This document shows, one piece after another, positions 1 to 10,405 of a DNA stretch of 28,529 nucleotides (position 1 is its first letter; each line of letters starts with the position of its first letter). The notes below the pieces were generated by a model, which did no database searches, was not told where the DNA came from, and saw only the letters and a program-made list of their open reading frames with translations. This DNA is from an uncultured cyanobacterium (lineage in GTDB: Bacteria; Cyanobacteriota; Cyanobacteriia; Cyanobacteriales; Cyanobacteriaceae), in NCBI GenBank assembly GCA_963749915.1, contig CAVVOP010000031.1, positions 1 to 28,529 of the forward strand, read 5' to 3'. The translations under genes and the position numbers were made by a program.

Positions 1-144
1 GGTTTAACTTCTCAGTTCAGACGTGCCGCCATTTCCGTCCCCGCAAATATTCTAATAGTATTGAGTACAAAAAAACTCCTGACTCCTGACTCCTATTTTT
101 TCCCTTTGTTTATCATGTCTCACTCTTATTTAAAACGACTATAA
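1..144 (+). pseudogene. Truncated four-helix-bundle (23S rRNA IVS protein / TIGR02436-like) gene fragment, 5' end outside window
   Basis: Frame 1 reads GLTSQFRRAAISVPANI, the family hallmark that normally continues AEG. It then runs into heptamer repeats and stops at 142-144. Confidence 0.7.
76..143. repeat. CTCCTGA heptamer repeats plus a MITE-like end (TGTCTCACTCTTATTTAAAACGACTATA)
   Basis: ctcctgactcctgactcct at ~77-95. The terminal motif ending in TATA resembles cyanobacterial MITE ends. Confidence 0.5.
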
Positions 145-158
145 CTTGGAATTTCCAA

Positions 159-878
159 TCATTCCGAAATGTTAAATTCTTGGCCGTTTAGAGTATACCC
201 TGTCTTTTTGCGTTCCTGAATACGTGTCCCCGAAGCGATATAAACCATTGCCAAAATGGTAAAAACATATGCCTGAATTTCTCCTACTAATAGTCCAAAG
301 AGAATCATCACAGTGGGAAACAATAAAGGAACAATAGATACTAAGATGGCAACCAGTAAGCTGGTACTCATAATATTGCCAAACAGGCGAATTGCCAGAG
401 AAACTGTCCGGGAGATTTCCCCAATGAGGTTGAAAGGTAACATTAACGGTGTAGGTTGAAGGTAATGTTTTAGATAATTACCAAGCCCCACATTTTTGAT
501 ACCATAAAAGGGGACTGCCACAAAAACGCACATAGATAAAGCAGTAGTGGTGGAAAGAGAACCCACGGGAGATTCATATCCAGGGAAAATGGTCAACAAA
601 TTCGCCATGGCAATAAATAAAAACAAAGTACCGACAAAGGGCAAAAATTGATTTGACTCTTGTCCGCTAGCATCCCGAATTTGCAACTGAATTTGTTCAA
701 TAATAATTTCTAGGGTAGTTTGCCAACGAGAAATCGGTGGTTTGACTGATAATTGCCGGGTGATTAACCAAGACCCCACCACTAAAATCCCCATTACCAG
801 CCACGTAAAAATAATCGTAGCGTTCAGATTGATCCATTGCCACTGCCAAAAAATAATATTGTCAGGACTAATATTCAT
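159..878 (-). CDS. atpB: F0F1 ATP synthase subunit a, N-ATPase type
   Basis: MNISPDNIIFWQW start (ATG 878), hydrophobic helices, SLAIRLFGNIMS with the conserved Arg, and IQAYVF. Directly downstream of atpR. Confidence 0.93.
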   Translation of the reverse strand: MNISPDNIIFWQWQWINLNATIIFTWLVMGILVVGSWLITRQLSVKPPISRWQTTLEIIIEQIQLQIRDASGQESNQFLPFVGTLFLFIAMANLLTIFPGYESPVGSLSTTTALSMCVFVAVPFYGIKNVGLGNYLKHYLQPTPLMLPFNLIGEISRTVSLAIRLFGNIMSTSLLVAILVSIVPLLFPTVMILFGLLVGEIQAYVFTILAMVYIASGTRIQERKKTGYTLNGQEFNISE

Positions 879-882
879 CAGC

Positions 883-1188
883 TTAATCTTCCCTAGAAAC
901 TTCAAAATTAAGTTTGTGCTTCGGTTGCCAGAAGTGCGTCATCACAATTCTAGCCGTGACCAACCCTCCCAAACAAATCAAGGCTCGTTGCCACTGTCCG
1001 TCCATCACTAGATAAAAACCTAGTAGAGTTATGACCATGCGACAGAACCAACTACCGATAAATAAACGTGCTGGATAGGTAGTAGTGGGTAGTTGTTTTA
1101 CCGTAATCCAAAGACTACCAAAATAGAAACTGCCTAGGGCAACTCCCGGAACAAAGGCAGATAAGATAAATAAAATACGATCTGTCAT
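883..1188 (-). CDS. atpR: N-ATPase accessory subunit AtpR (F1/F0 ATPase subunit 2)
   Basis: GVALGSFYFGSLWITVKQLP...GSWFCRM pattern, ~100-aa membrane protein, immediately upstream of N-type atpB. Confidence 0.85.
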   Translation of the reverse strand: MTDRILFILSAFVPGVALGSFYFGSLWITVKQLPTTTYPARLFIGSWFCRMVITLLGFYLVMDGQWQRALICLGGLVTARIVMTHFWQPKHKLNFEVSRED

Positions 1189-1383
1189 GAACGACAATTT
1201 TAATTTTCTATTTAATTGTTTAAAATGGGGACTTAATTATATTCTAGTTTTTGAATTGGTCAAAAGGTTTGCAGAAACAAGGGAAATAAACCTAGGAAAC
1301 TAAACAGCAATAAAAGATAAGGGGCTAAAAGTGTTATTATAGCTTTCTAAAGAACTTTTTCTCAAAAAAACATTCGATAATTA

Positions 1384-1578
1384 TTAAATATTTTTTGATT
1401 TAAGAGTTAAAGAACCAATTAATCCAAATGTACCACCGATTAAACCAATAAGTAACCATAAAGGGAAAAAATAACCTTTAGTATCCGCTACAATTCCTGC
1501 CGTTAAGCCAATTAAACAGTGCAATAATATCAGATAAAAGACAAAATTGGGATTAGGATTGAGAAAAATTTCTGACAT
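1384..1578 (-). CDS. Small membrane hypothetical protein
   Basis: 64-aa ORF with two hydrophobic segments (HCLIGLTAGIVADTKGY...WLLIGLIGGTFGL), 11 nt downstream of aspS. Confidence 0.7.
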   Translation of the reverse strand: MSEIFLNPNPNFVFYLILLHCLIGLTAGIVADTKGYFFPLWLLIGLIGGTFGLIGSLTLKSKNI

Positions 1579-1589
1579 CTTAAATTATA

Positions 1590-3380
1590 TTAGTTCGATT
1601 TTGGTTTATGGGTAGAGATGATGTGCAACTCTTTCAATTGTTTGCTATCAACTTCTGCTGGTGCTTCCGTTAATAAACAACTGGCTTGTTGAGTTTTTGG
1701 GAAAGCAATAACATCCCGGATAGAATCTTCCCTCGCTAATAACATTACCAGACGATCAAGTCCGTAGGCAATACCCCCGTGAGGCGGAGTGCCATACTCA
1801 AAAGCCTCGAGTAAAAAGCCAAATTTATTTTTAGCTTCTTTTTCCGATAAGCCAATAGTGGCAAAGACTTTTTCTTGTACTTCTCTTTGATAAATCCTTA
1901 AACTCCCTCCTCCAATTTCCACTCCGTTTAAGACTAAATCATAAGCCAACGCCCTTGCATTTGCTAAGTCTTCTATGTCTTCAGGGTTTGGTGCCGTAAA
2001 GGGATGATGTAAGGCTTCTAGGCGTTTTTCCTCACCATTCCACTCAAACATGGGGAATTGTGTTACCCACACGAAGTTCATTTGATCTTCATCAATTAAG
2101 CCTAATTGTTTACCTAGCAATAATCTTAAGCGGTCGAGAGATTTATTGACATTTTCTGCATCTCCTGCCCCAAATAAGAGTAAATCTCCAGGTTTTGCCC
2201 CAGTTTTATCTAATAACGCCTGTTTTTGCTCTCGAGAAAGGTTATCTTTGATCGCCCCAATGGTGTCAATTTCCCCATTTTCTCTGACTCTAATATAGGC
2301 AATGCCTTTCGCCCCCGCAATAGTCGCCTCGGTGAATAAGTCGCCACCGGGTTTAATTCTCACATTGGAAATTTTATCGTTACCCTGGGGGATGGGCAAA
2401 ACCTTTATTTTCCCGCCGTTTTGGATGGCAGAAGCAAACACTCTAAACCCCGAATCTTTCATAATATCGGACACATCCACTAACTCTAACCCAAAACGAG
2501 TATCAGGGCGATCGCTACCATACTTTTCCATGGCCTCAGCGTAGGTTAAACGAGGGAAGGGACGGGGTAATTCAATGTTTTTGACCTTTTTGAAGATATG
2601 ACAGATCAACGCCTCATTGAGCTCAATAATTTCGTTTTCGGACATGAAACTCATTTCCATATCAAGTTGAGTAAATTCCGGTTGTCTATCCGCACGTAAA
2701 TCCTCATCCCTGAAACATCGTGCAATCTGATAATAGCGATCGAATCCTGACACCATCAACAACTGTTTAAATAACTGTGGTGACTGAGGTAGAGCATACC
2801 ACTGCCCCTCATTTACTCTCGAAGGCACGAGATAATCCCTTGCACCCTCTGGAGTTGAACGAGTTAGTATAGGCGTTTCAATTTCCATAAAATGTTCTTG
2901 ATCTTCAAGGAAACGACGCATAGCCTTAACAACTTGATGACGCAATTCTAAATTATGACTCATGCGTTCCCGCCTTAAATCTAAGTAACGATATTTGAGC
3001 CTTAAATCCTCTCTAACGTTTTCCTCTTCAACGGTGGAAATTTGAAAGGGTAACTGCTTCCCAACGGCATTGAGTAACTGAATTTCTGTGGCATAAATCT
3101 CGATTTCCCCTGTGGGTAATTTAGAGTTAAGGGATTCGGGAGGGCGTTGGGATACTTTACCCGTGATTTTAACTACATATTCACTGCGCAAACTTTCCGC
3201 ATTTTTGTATGATTCAGGAGTACGTTGGGGATCACTAACTATTTGAACTACACCAGAGCGATCCCGTAGGTCGATAAAAATAACGCCACCATGATCTCGT
3301 CTTCGATCAACCCAACCATAAACAGTCACCATTTGATCTAAATGCTCAAGGCGTAAGTCGCCACAATAATTAGTTCTCAT
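1590..3380 (-). CDS. aspS: Aspartate--tRNA ligase
   Basis: [52 protein letters not shown] and [14 protein letters not shown] motifs. Confidence 0.99.
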   Translation of the reverse strand: MRTNYCGDLRLEHLDQMVTVYGWVDRRRDHGGVIFIDLRDRSGVVQIVSDPQRTPESYKNAESLRSEYVVKITGKVSQRPPESLNSKLPTGEIEIYATEIQLLNAVGKQLPFQISTVEEENVREDLRLKYRYLDLRRERMSHNLELRHQVVKAMRRFLEDQEHFMEIETPILTRSTPEGARDYLVPSRVNEGQWYALPQSPQLFKQLLMVSGFDRYYQIARCFRDEDLRADRQPEFTQLDMEMSFMSENEIIELNEALICHIFKKVKNIELPRPFPRLTYAEAMEKYGSDRPDTRFGLELVDVSDIMKDSGFRVFASAIQNGGKIKVLPIPQGNDKISNVRIKPGGDLFTEATIAGAKGIAYIRVRENGEIDTIGAIKDNLSREQKQALLDKTGAKPGDLLLFGAGDAENVNKSLDRLRLLLGKQLGLIDEDQMNFVWVTQFPMFEWNGEEKRLEALHHPFTAPNPEDIEDLANARALAYDLVLNGVEIGGGSLRIYQREVQEKVFATIGLSEKEAKNKFGFLLEAFEYGTPPHGGIAYGLDRLVMLLAREDSIRDVIAFPKTQQASCLLTEAPAEVDSKQLKELHIISTHKPKSN

Positions 3381-3635
3381 AATAAGTTATTTTTTATACC
3401 ATTATCAATATACCGTTTTTCCACTCTCCAACAAAGTCATACAAACTATCCATTTTACCTGATTTCGATATAAAAAATGGGCTCTAAGGGCTGACATACC
3501 AAGGCAAACCCACACCACACATTTCTTCACATTCAATAATCTTATGAGCATTATGGGAACTAGACATAAGATCGAAGGGGTAAAAAAGCTAATCAGTTTC
3601 ATTGCACTCTACTGAAGGTTACGAACGAAATAGTC

Positions 3636-4421
3636 TCAGTCCAAGTATTGGGCATAACGAGTAGTTTGTAGGGCTGTAACAAGTTCGTCATAGTTCTCGA
3701 CAGTCTCTTCCAGAGATTTGGGTAGAATTTTGCGGTGGCTGCTAACTTGCTCAATGGGAGAGACACCGAGAAACTCGAAGACTTGACTCGTCATCACTTG
3801 AAGTGACGAAGCATTCGTAAATGACTCTTCGTAGCTTATGTGCAATATCGGATTTTTGCCTAGGCTCTGGACTAGACTGTGTTCGTATTGAACCTCCTGA
3901 GATAATACGTCTAATTTTATCAGCATATCCTCAATGTCGATTTGCATTTTGCTGAGAGTCACAGACGCCCCCTCTGTTGCAACAATGTTGTGGTGCTTGA
4001 GTGATTGAAGCGACAGGTACCTTTGGAGAAGATTCTCTCGGTATAGGTATATCACGGCAATATCTGGATTCTCTATTAGAAACTCCCCGAGGTTGAGACG
4101 CTGAAAATGGATGCCAAACTCTTTAATACCTATAGATTTCAGATTGTTGCGAAGCTTAAAGTTGACCGGTTTCTGCTTGCGCAAGTGGGCGGTAGCTGAC
4201 AAGAATTGAGCACAGTAGAATATGGTCCGGCTACAAAATAATAGTTCTAAGAAATCCCGATTTGAAAAGCCGGCAAAACGCATTGTACGAAGAAGCTTAT
4301 TTGCCAGGGTCCACTCGCCAAGTACTTCGCCGTAGTTCACTAGGTCTGGATGAAGATTTAGGGTGTTCGTCAGGAAGTTGCTACCTGATCGACCCTGAGT
4401 AAGAATTATATGTCTTAACAT
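3636..4421 (-). CDS. Sulfotransferase-family protein (Stf0-like)
   Basis: 5'-PSB loop IILTQGRSGSNFL..LNLHP, 3'-PB-like YLYRENLLQRYLS, HISYEE, and C-terminal VENYDEL. Confidence 0.8.
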   Translation of the reverse strand: MLRHIILTQGRSGSNFLTNTLNLHPDLVNYGEVLGEWTLANKLLRTMRFAGFSNRDFLELLFCSRTIFYCAQFLSATAHLRKQKPVNFKLRNNLKSIGIKEFGIHFQRLNLGEFLIENPDIAVIYLYRENLLQRYLSLQSLKHHNIVATEGASVTLSKMQIDIEDMLIKLDVLSQEVQYEHSLVQSLGKNPILHISYEESFTNASSLQVMTSQVFEFLGVSPIEQVSSHRKILPKSLEETVENYDELVTALQTTRYAQYLD

Positions 4422-4520
4422 ATTCTACACTGAGTAACTTTCTCTGATATGGCTAACTATCGATTATACACAAACTCTCCTTATAGTCAACATAGTCAAC
4501 CCTTATGGGGTAAACCCATT

Positions 4521-4640
4521 AGTACATTAATACCAAGAGAAGTAATAAGTATTGATGGGAAAACTTTGAGACGTTCTTATGATCGAGAAGACCAAAAAAA
4601 AGTAAATGAGAAGTCCAATGAAATTACGGCAATTCCTGAG
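4521..4640 (+). mobile_element. ISAs1-family transposase fragment, internally deleted
   Basis: EVISIDGKTLRRSYDR joined directly to VNEKSNEITAIPE; the intervening residues are missing. Confidence 0.8.
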
Positions 4641-4643
4641 TAT

Positions 4644-5182
4644 TTTGAGGTAGTTAGAAGTAAACCTCATGGTCATGTTGCTTTAATTTTAGAAACTATT
4701 AAAAAATTAAATTTAGACACAATTATTAGTTCTCAATCCTCTCGTAATCGTAATTTAATTATGGCAATGATTGCCGCCAGAATTATCAATCCTGGCTCAA
4801 AATTAGCCACTGCTAGGAGTTTTAATGAAGAAACTTGTAGCAATAGTTTGGGACAAATATTAAACCTGAAAAAAGCGGATGAAGATGAATTGTATTTGCC
4901 TGTAGAAACCCTTTAATTGCGGAAAATAATAAACAGCAAAGAGAGGCATTATTATTGGACTTTATTAGAAGATTTAGGGACAATTTGTCTTGTGGAAGTA
5001 GAATGTAATTTGGCTCAGGGAAAGTCTAGTTTCCAGACCATTACTCGACCAACACGATTACAACAAAAGGCATTAAATTTGGTGGAGATTTCCTTAATTT
5101 GTCCCCAGTAAATAGGGGGAGATAAGTGGTTCAAAACTTTACACAGCAGGGGTTTTCGTTTTTGTCAAAGGGGGAAGTTCTG
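4644..5182 (+). mobile_element. IS1634-family remnant: N-terminal and C-terminal transposase pieces plus right end
   Basis: RSKPHGHVALIL...ARIINPGSKLATAR...DEDELY, then TLLEDLGTIC...TRPTRLQQKALNL. Terminal GGGGGAAGTTCTG at ~5170-5182. Confidence 0.8.
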
Positions 5183-5740
5183 GAATATGAACGTCATGGA
5201 ACTCAAGGGTTAATTGCTAATTTTGAGGTAGCCACAGGGAAAGTTATCTGTCCGACCGTGGGAGATACCCGAACTGAAGAAGATTTTGTAGCACATATCC
5301 GTGGGACGGTAGCCACTTATCCGTCTGAAGAATGGATCTTTATTTGTGACCAATTGAATACTCACAAATCACAAGGATTAGTTCGGCTTGTAGCAGAGTT
5401 ATGTGGTCTGAAAGAGGAGTTAGGAAAAAAAGGGTCTTCTGGTATTCTCTACAATATGAAGAGTCGTGCCACTTTTTTAGAGAATAAAAGTCATAGTATC
5501 CGGTTTGTGTATACTCCCAAGCATTGTTCATGGCTCAATCAAATCGAAATCTGGTTCGGAATTTTAAGCCGTCGTCTGCTTAAAAGGGGCAACTTCAGTT
5601 CTACGGAAGAACTTAAAAACCGAATTCTTAAATTTATTGAGTTCTTTAATGAAACTCTAGCTAAGCCCTTTCGATGGACTTATATTGGTAAACCATTACT
5701 AATTTAAGTAATCGGATTTATTTCCAGTTCGGTGTACTAG
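5183..5740 (+). mobile_element. IS630-family transposase 3' half and right end
   Basis: EYERHGT, DQLNTHKS, YTPKHCSWLNQIEIWF and PFRWTY motifs. The element ends ...GTACTAG with a TA target. Confidence 0.9.
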
Positions 5741-6371
5741 CTATACTATTTATCGGGTTGTTGAAACCATTCGCATTTTGGTCTTTACAACCTTGGCAAT
5801 TCTGTTCTTTAATTCCTACCCGTTAACTGCGGTGATGATCGTATTTTTGGCACTTCTCAATGATGGAGCCCTGATCAGTATTGCTTACGATCGCACCCGT
5901 ACAGCTCAGAGTCCCCAATCCTGGAACATGACTAGAACTCTAGGAGTTTCTGGAGTTCTGGGATTAATCTGCGTGTTTGAAACCTTTATTCTCTATTACT
6001 TAGCAGAAAAAGTATTTACCTTACCCTCAAACTTAATTCCCACCTTGGTTTATCTCAACCTGGCCCTAGGAGGAATGATGACAATTTACGCTACTCGTTT
6101 GGAGGGACCTTTCTGGTCAATGAAGCCAGCTAAACCTCTAGTATTATCAACAGGAACGGCTGCTTTGATTTCAACAGTTATGTCAATTTTCGGGATTTTC
6201 ATCCCTGGAGTTGGCTGGGGTTGGACACTTGCGAGCTGGGGCTATGCGTTTATCTGGTTTATAGTGATTGATAGAGCCAAAATAGGACTTTATTCGATTT
6301 TTGACGCTAAAAAACCAGTTCTAGGACAAAAATATTTAGGAGCTTGGCATAAGTTTGCACATCGCCCATAG
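5739..6371 (+). pseudogene. Plasma-membrane H+-efflux P-type ATPase (type IIIA), C-terminal membrane part only
   Basis: Frame from 5739 reads SYTIYRVVETIRILVF...PLTAVMIVFLALLNDGALISIAYD, including the proton-site ND. The 5' part is absent beyond the IS630 end. Confidence 0.85.
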
Positions 6372-7345
6372 GAGAGAAAGGACTTCAAATTGTATTGAAT
6401 AGAAAAACTGTATGCAAACTTTTTATGGAAGACACAGAATTACATTTGAATAAAAATCAAACAGTTATTAACTGAACAGTACGAAGTTTTTTTCTGGAGA
6501 CAGCTGGAAAGCAGAAAAAAGAACATTCCAGTGACAAACCAGCCCAGAATGTTCGAGAATAGCTGAAATAGCAAAAACAATCAGCCAAATTCATTATGCA
6601 GTTATCCGAGCGTTTAGAGCAAATTGTTACTGAGTTGCGTCCCGTGTTTAGTCGCGAGGCAACATTCCAATGGTTTGTGCTCCTGTTGTGGGGACTGTTA
6701 TTAAGCAGGCAAGCTCCAGCAATCACCAGTTATCTCAACGCTTTGGGAATGGGACAAGAGTACTATGGTCAAGCACTGCATTGGTTCCATTCGAGTGCAT
6801 TCACTATAGACGACCTTTGCAAGGGTTGGGGCAATTGGCTCAAGAGCCATCGGAATGTACGACAATTGAAGGGACAACGGGTATATGTCGGCGACGGTAT
6901 CAAAGTGAGTAAAGAAGGGCGAAAGATGCCAGGAGTCAAACGACTCCATCAAGAGTCTGAAGATGTCAGTAAACCAGAATGGATACGAGGACACTACTTT
7001 AGTGCATTAGGTTTGTTGTAGGGTCTCTATCTGATTACTCGAGTTAAAATTTCCACGGTTGCCCATGCTGCATTTAGTCGTCGGCCTGGCAAACATGGAC
7101 CCGGACGCCACAGAAAATGGGGGAGTGAGATCAAATTACGAGAGCTGTTTGCCCCTTTTGAGCAATGTGAGCAGGCATCCGTCAGACTCTACGGACTAAC
7201 CGTGAAAGTGTACTTTCAATGCTTCAACTTTTATTGGGATAGCCCTGATGGGCAAGTCCTGTTTGTCCTAACTCAGTTGCCCTCAGGCAAGCAGATTATT
7301 TTACTCTCGAGCGACCTTGAGTTAAAGGGAGAACAAGTGATAGAG

Positions 7346-8627
7346 CTGAGGGGGCGACAATGAAGCTAAACAGACGATTCTATAAGGGATTGAACATGCT
7401 AATCTGGATAAAGATAAGATATTTTCAGTTTTTATATTAATTGCCATAGAAAAAAATGTTTCAACTTCCTCAATATTATCAGGATAATTTAAAAAAGCAG
7501 TTTAATTTACCTCAATATTTAACTCTTTGTCTTTTAGTTAACTTACTTCAAAATCTTAAAACTGTCAGGTTAGAAGAAATGGCAAAACTTTTTCCTTATC
7601 CGATTAAATTAAGAAGTAGAATTAAAAAGTTACAACGATTTCTAAGTCTGGAAAATTGGAAAATTGAAACTATCTGGTTTCCCATTTTAAAATCAGGGAT
7701 TATTAATAATTGGGAATCGAAAAAAGTCATCTATTTCGTAATTGATAGAACACAGTGGCAAAATATTAATATATTGATGGTAAGTTTAGTTTATAATCAA
7801 CGAGCTATTCCCGTTTATTTTACATTACTAGATAAAAAAGGAAGCAGTAATTTATTAGAACAAAAACAAGTATTAGAACCGAGTATTAATTTATTAATTG
7901 AATATAAAATAATTGTCTTAGGAGATAGGGAATTTTGCTCTGTAGATTTAGCAAAGTGGTTATCAGTAGAGAAACAGGTTTATTTATCTCTACGTTTAAA
8001 AAACAGTGAATATGTGGAGTTAGAAACTGATATATGGTTTCGATTAAGTGAATTAGGTTTATGTCCAGGATTCTCGGTATATTATCAAGGAATAAAAGTA
8101 ACAAAAACCAAGGGATTTTCAGGAATTAATTTAGCCGCAAAGTGGAAAAGAAATTATGGTCATAAATCTAGCAAAGAACCATGGTTTATTTTAACAAATT
8201 TAGAAAATATGTCGGAAACAATCTCCGCTTATTCCAAAAGAATGGGGATTGAAGAAATGTTTAGAGATTTGAAATTAGGAGGATATAATTTAGAGAGCAC
8301 AAAAGTTGAAAATGAATGACTAATTTCTTTAATTATACTAATAACATTATCCTACAGCTATTCAACATTTATAGGGGAAGAAATTAAAAGAAAAGGAATA
8401 AGTGAATATTTAGTTCGTCCGACAGAAAAAGGAAGAAAATATAAAAGAAATAGTGATTTTTCTATTGGTTTAAATGCCATAAAATGGCTAAGTGAAATCT
8501 GCTTTTTCCAAGAACAATTGGAAGAATTAACCTCTTTATTTCCTCAGAAACACTCTTATTATCGTCAAGGTATGAGAGCTATTTCCCTTATCCAATCTGC
8601 GTTATGAATGCTTTGTCGCCCCCTCAG
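7346..8627 (+). mobile_element. IS4-family element (1282 bp) with a 9-bp target duplication
   Basis: 15-bp perfect IR CTGAGGGGGCGACAA / TTGTCGCCCCCTCAG. TSD GTGATAGAG at 7337-7345 and 8628-8636. Confidence 0.95.
7456..8607 (+). pseudogene. IS4-family transposase with a single in-frame nonsense codon
   Basis: IDRTQW, GDREFCS and YSKRMGIEEMFRDLK motifs. TGA at 8317-8319, but the same frame continues open to TGA 8605-8607 (383 codons). Confidence 0.88.
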
Positions 8628-9130
8628 GTGATAGAGGCTTATAGCTGGCGATTTAAAATTGAGGTCTGCTTCCGGACTCTGATTCAGCTACTTGGCGGCT
8701 TTTGCTATCGCTTCTGGCTAAAATCAATGCCAACGGCTCCCAAATGGCCTCAAAACTTGTCATTGACAAACTCGGAGAAAGATTTTCCCTATCAAGTGAG
8801 CCGTAAGGTTGAAGCCTTTGAACGCTTTGTTAATCTTAATGCCATTGCCTTAAGTTTACTACAAGTGCTCGCCCTAGAAATGCCCCAGCAAGTTTGGGAA
8901 GTCTTTCCACTCTGGTTTCGCACCTTGCCCAAACATGGGTTTCCCAGTGAACAAATTGTGCGCCTTTCCCTCCAACATCAACTACATCTCAATTTATCCA
9001 GAAGTATACCACGCCTACTTCTGGATAAATTACTCACCACTAAAATGGGAGCAACTGCACACTCTGATGTACCTACTTTGGCAGCCTGACTCAGAGGCTC
9101 AGATATCAACACAAACTTTTTACTGTCCAG

Positions 9131-9308
9131 TTAGCTAAAGAAAATATTGTTTTATCTTGGGCAAGATTGCGAGATCCTTCCTTTGTATACAGAGATGCGA
9201 AAAGCTGGATTAGTTGAAGAAATAGGAGAAAGCAATTTTTATGACCGAATTACTGATGGGATCGAGGCTTTTGTCGCAGCGGTAAAAAACAACGGTCATG
9301 AAGTATGA
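9131..9308 (+). pseudogene. C-terminal STAS-domain remnant of a SulP-type anion transporter
   Basis: Removing a TCCT duplication (9175-9182) gives LAKENIVLSWARLRDPLYTEMRKAGLVEEIGESNFYDRITDGIEAF. Confidence 0.65.
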
Positions 9309-9490
9309 ATCTAAAAGCGATCGCCTCATATCTAAACTAAACCCTATGGTCTCGATTAATTGGATGAATTTCTCTCCTTGTTAACTCAGATTCTCTTCTT
9401 CTCTGCTGTAGCACCTTGAAGAAAGGCTATCATTCCCCATAAATTGCTAAAATAATAGCAAGGGATCCTAAAATCTTAGGAGAATGTGCC

Positions 9491-10405
9491 ATGCCATCTG
9501 ATCTGATTAAACTTGAACTGGGACTGCCCACCTCAGAAGAACTACCTTGCTCTGACGATACTCCTGTGGATAACGAATACCAAAACACTATCCCCAATTG
9601 GTTAATTGCCATTCTCGAACAAATCTGGGACCCAAGACAAGACTGGTTCTTTGGGGTAGATATGGGCATTTATGACCGGGAAGCCCAGAAAAAAAGCGTT
9701 CCCGCAGTTGTCCCAGATGGCTTTTTAAGCGTGGGGGTAGAGCGTCACAAACGGGAAGGAAAAGGTCGCCTCAGTTACGTTCTCCAGGAAGAAAATGAGA
9801 TTATTCCCATTTTGGCCTTGGAATTCGTTTCCAAAACCTACGGTCAGGAATATGACGAGAAGATGAGAGATTATGCCCAATTAGGGGTCAAATACTACCT
9901 CATCTACAACCCCGAATATAGTAGGCGAGATAAACACGAACCTTGGGAAATTTACAAGTTAGTAGAAGGACAATATCAACTCCAAAGAGGAGAACCCTTC
10001 TGGATACCGGAAATTGAATTAGGAATTGGGCGAGTGCAAGGAGAATTAGGAGGAATTAGGCGAGAATGGTTAGCATGGCATGATAAAGATGGTAAGTCTT
10101 ATCCTCTTCCCCAGGAATTAATTCGGCAATTGGAAAGAGAATTACTCAGAGAACGCCAACGGACTGAACAAGAACGACAACGGGTTGAACAAGAACACCA
10201 ACGGGCTGAACAAGAACACCAACGGGCTGAACAAGAACGACAACGGGCTGAACAAGAACACCAACGGGCAGCACAAATGGAACAGTCCCTTGAACAAGAA
10301 CATCAACGGGCAGCACAAATGGAACAGGCACTTGAACAGGAAAGATTAGAAAAATTGCGATTACTGGAACAATTGCGACGGTTAGGTGTGGATGTTGATG
10401 AATAG
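9491..10405 (+). CDS. Uma2 (DUF820) family endonuclease-like protein with a coiled-coil repeat tail
   Basis: LPTSEELPCSDDTPVDNE, WFFGVDMGIY, VPDGFL, LEFVSKTYGQEY and LGVKYYLIYNP motifs. Confidence 0.93.
   Translation: MPSDLIKLELGLPTSEELPCSDDTPVDNEYQNTIPNWLIAILEQIWDPRQDWFFGVDMGIYDREAQKKSVPAVVPDGFLSVGVERHKREGKGRLSYVLQEENEIIPILALEFVSKTYGQEYDEKMRDYAQLGVKYYLIYNPEYSRRDKHEPWEIYKLVEGQYQLQRGEPFWIPEIELGIGRVQGELGGIRREWLAWHDKDGKSYPLPQELIRQLERELLRERQRTEQERQRVEQEHQRAEQEHQRAEQERQRAEQEHQRAAQMEQSLEQEHQRAAQMEQALEQERLEKLRLLEQLRRLGVDVDE
10151..10339 (+). repeat. Nine 21-nt coding tandem repeats (ERQRAEQ heptads)
   Basis: GAACACCAACGGGCTGAACAA-like units, in frame within the Uma2 gene. Confidence 0.9.

Larger units (their letters stand above)
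6469..9133 (+). mobile_element. IS701-like (DDE) insertion sequence, inactivated, carrying a nested IS4
   Basis: IRs TAACTGAACAGTACGAAGTTT and AAACTTTTTACTGTCCAGTTA. Transposase pieces are 6596-7021 (YVGDGIKVSKEGRKMPGV), 7022-7345 and 8628-9089 (YSWRFKIEVCFR). Confidence 0.85.

Noticed and set aside
1..144. Four-helix bundle (Avd-like fold) as part of a diversity-generating retroelement
   Set aside because: The gene is truncated, and no RT or TR/VR pair with A-specific mismatches is visible.
742..2544. Plus-strand ORFs 742-1011 and 2302-2544, and similar ORFs inside transposases, yfhO and ycf39
   Set aside because: They overlap well-supported genes on the opposite strand or in another frame.
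3405..3602. 65-aa ORF upstream of aspS
   Set aside because: No recognisable motif; cannot be distinguished from chance or decayed sequence.
10151..10339. 21-nt periodic repeats as a CRISPR array
   Set aside because: No spacers; they are in-frame coiled-coil heptads typical of Uma2 tails.
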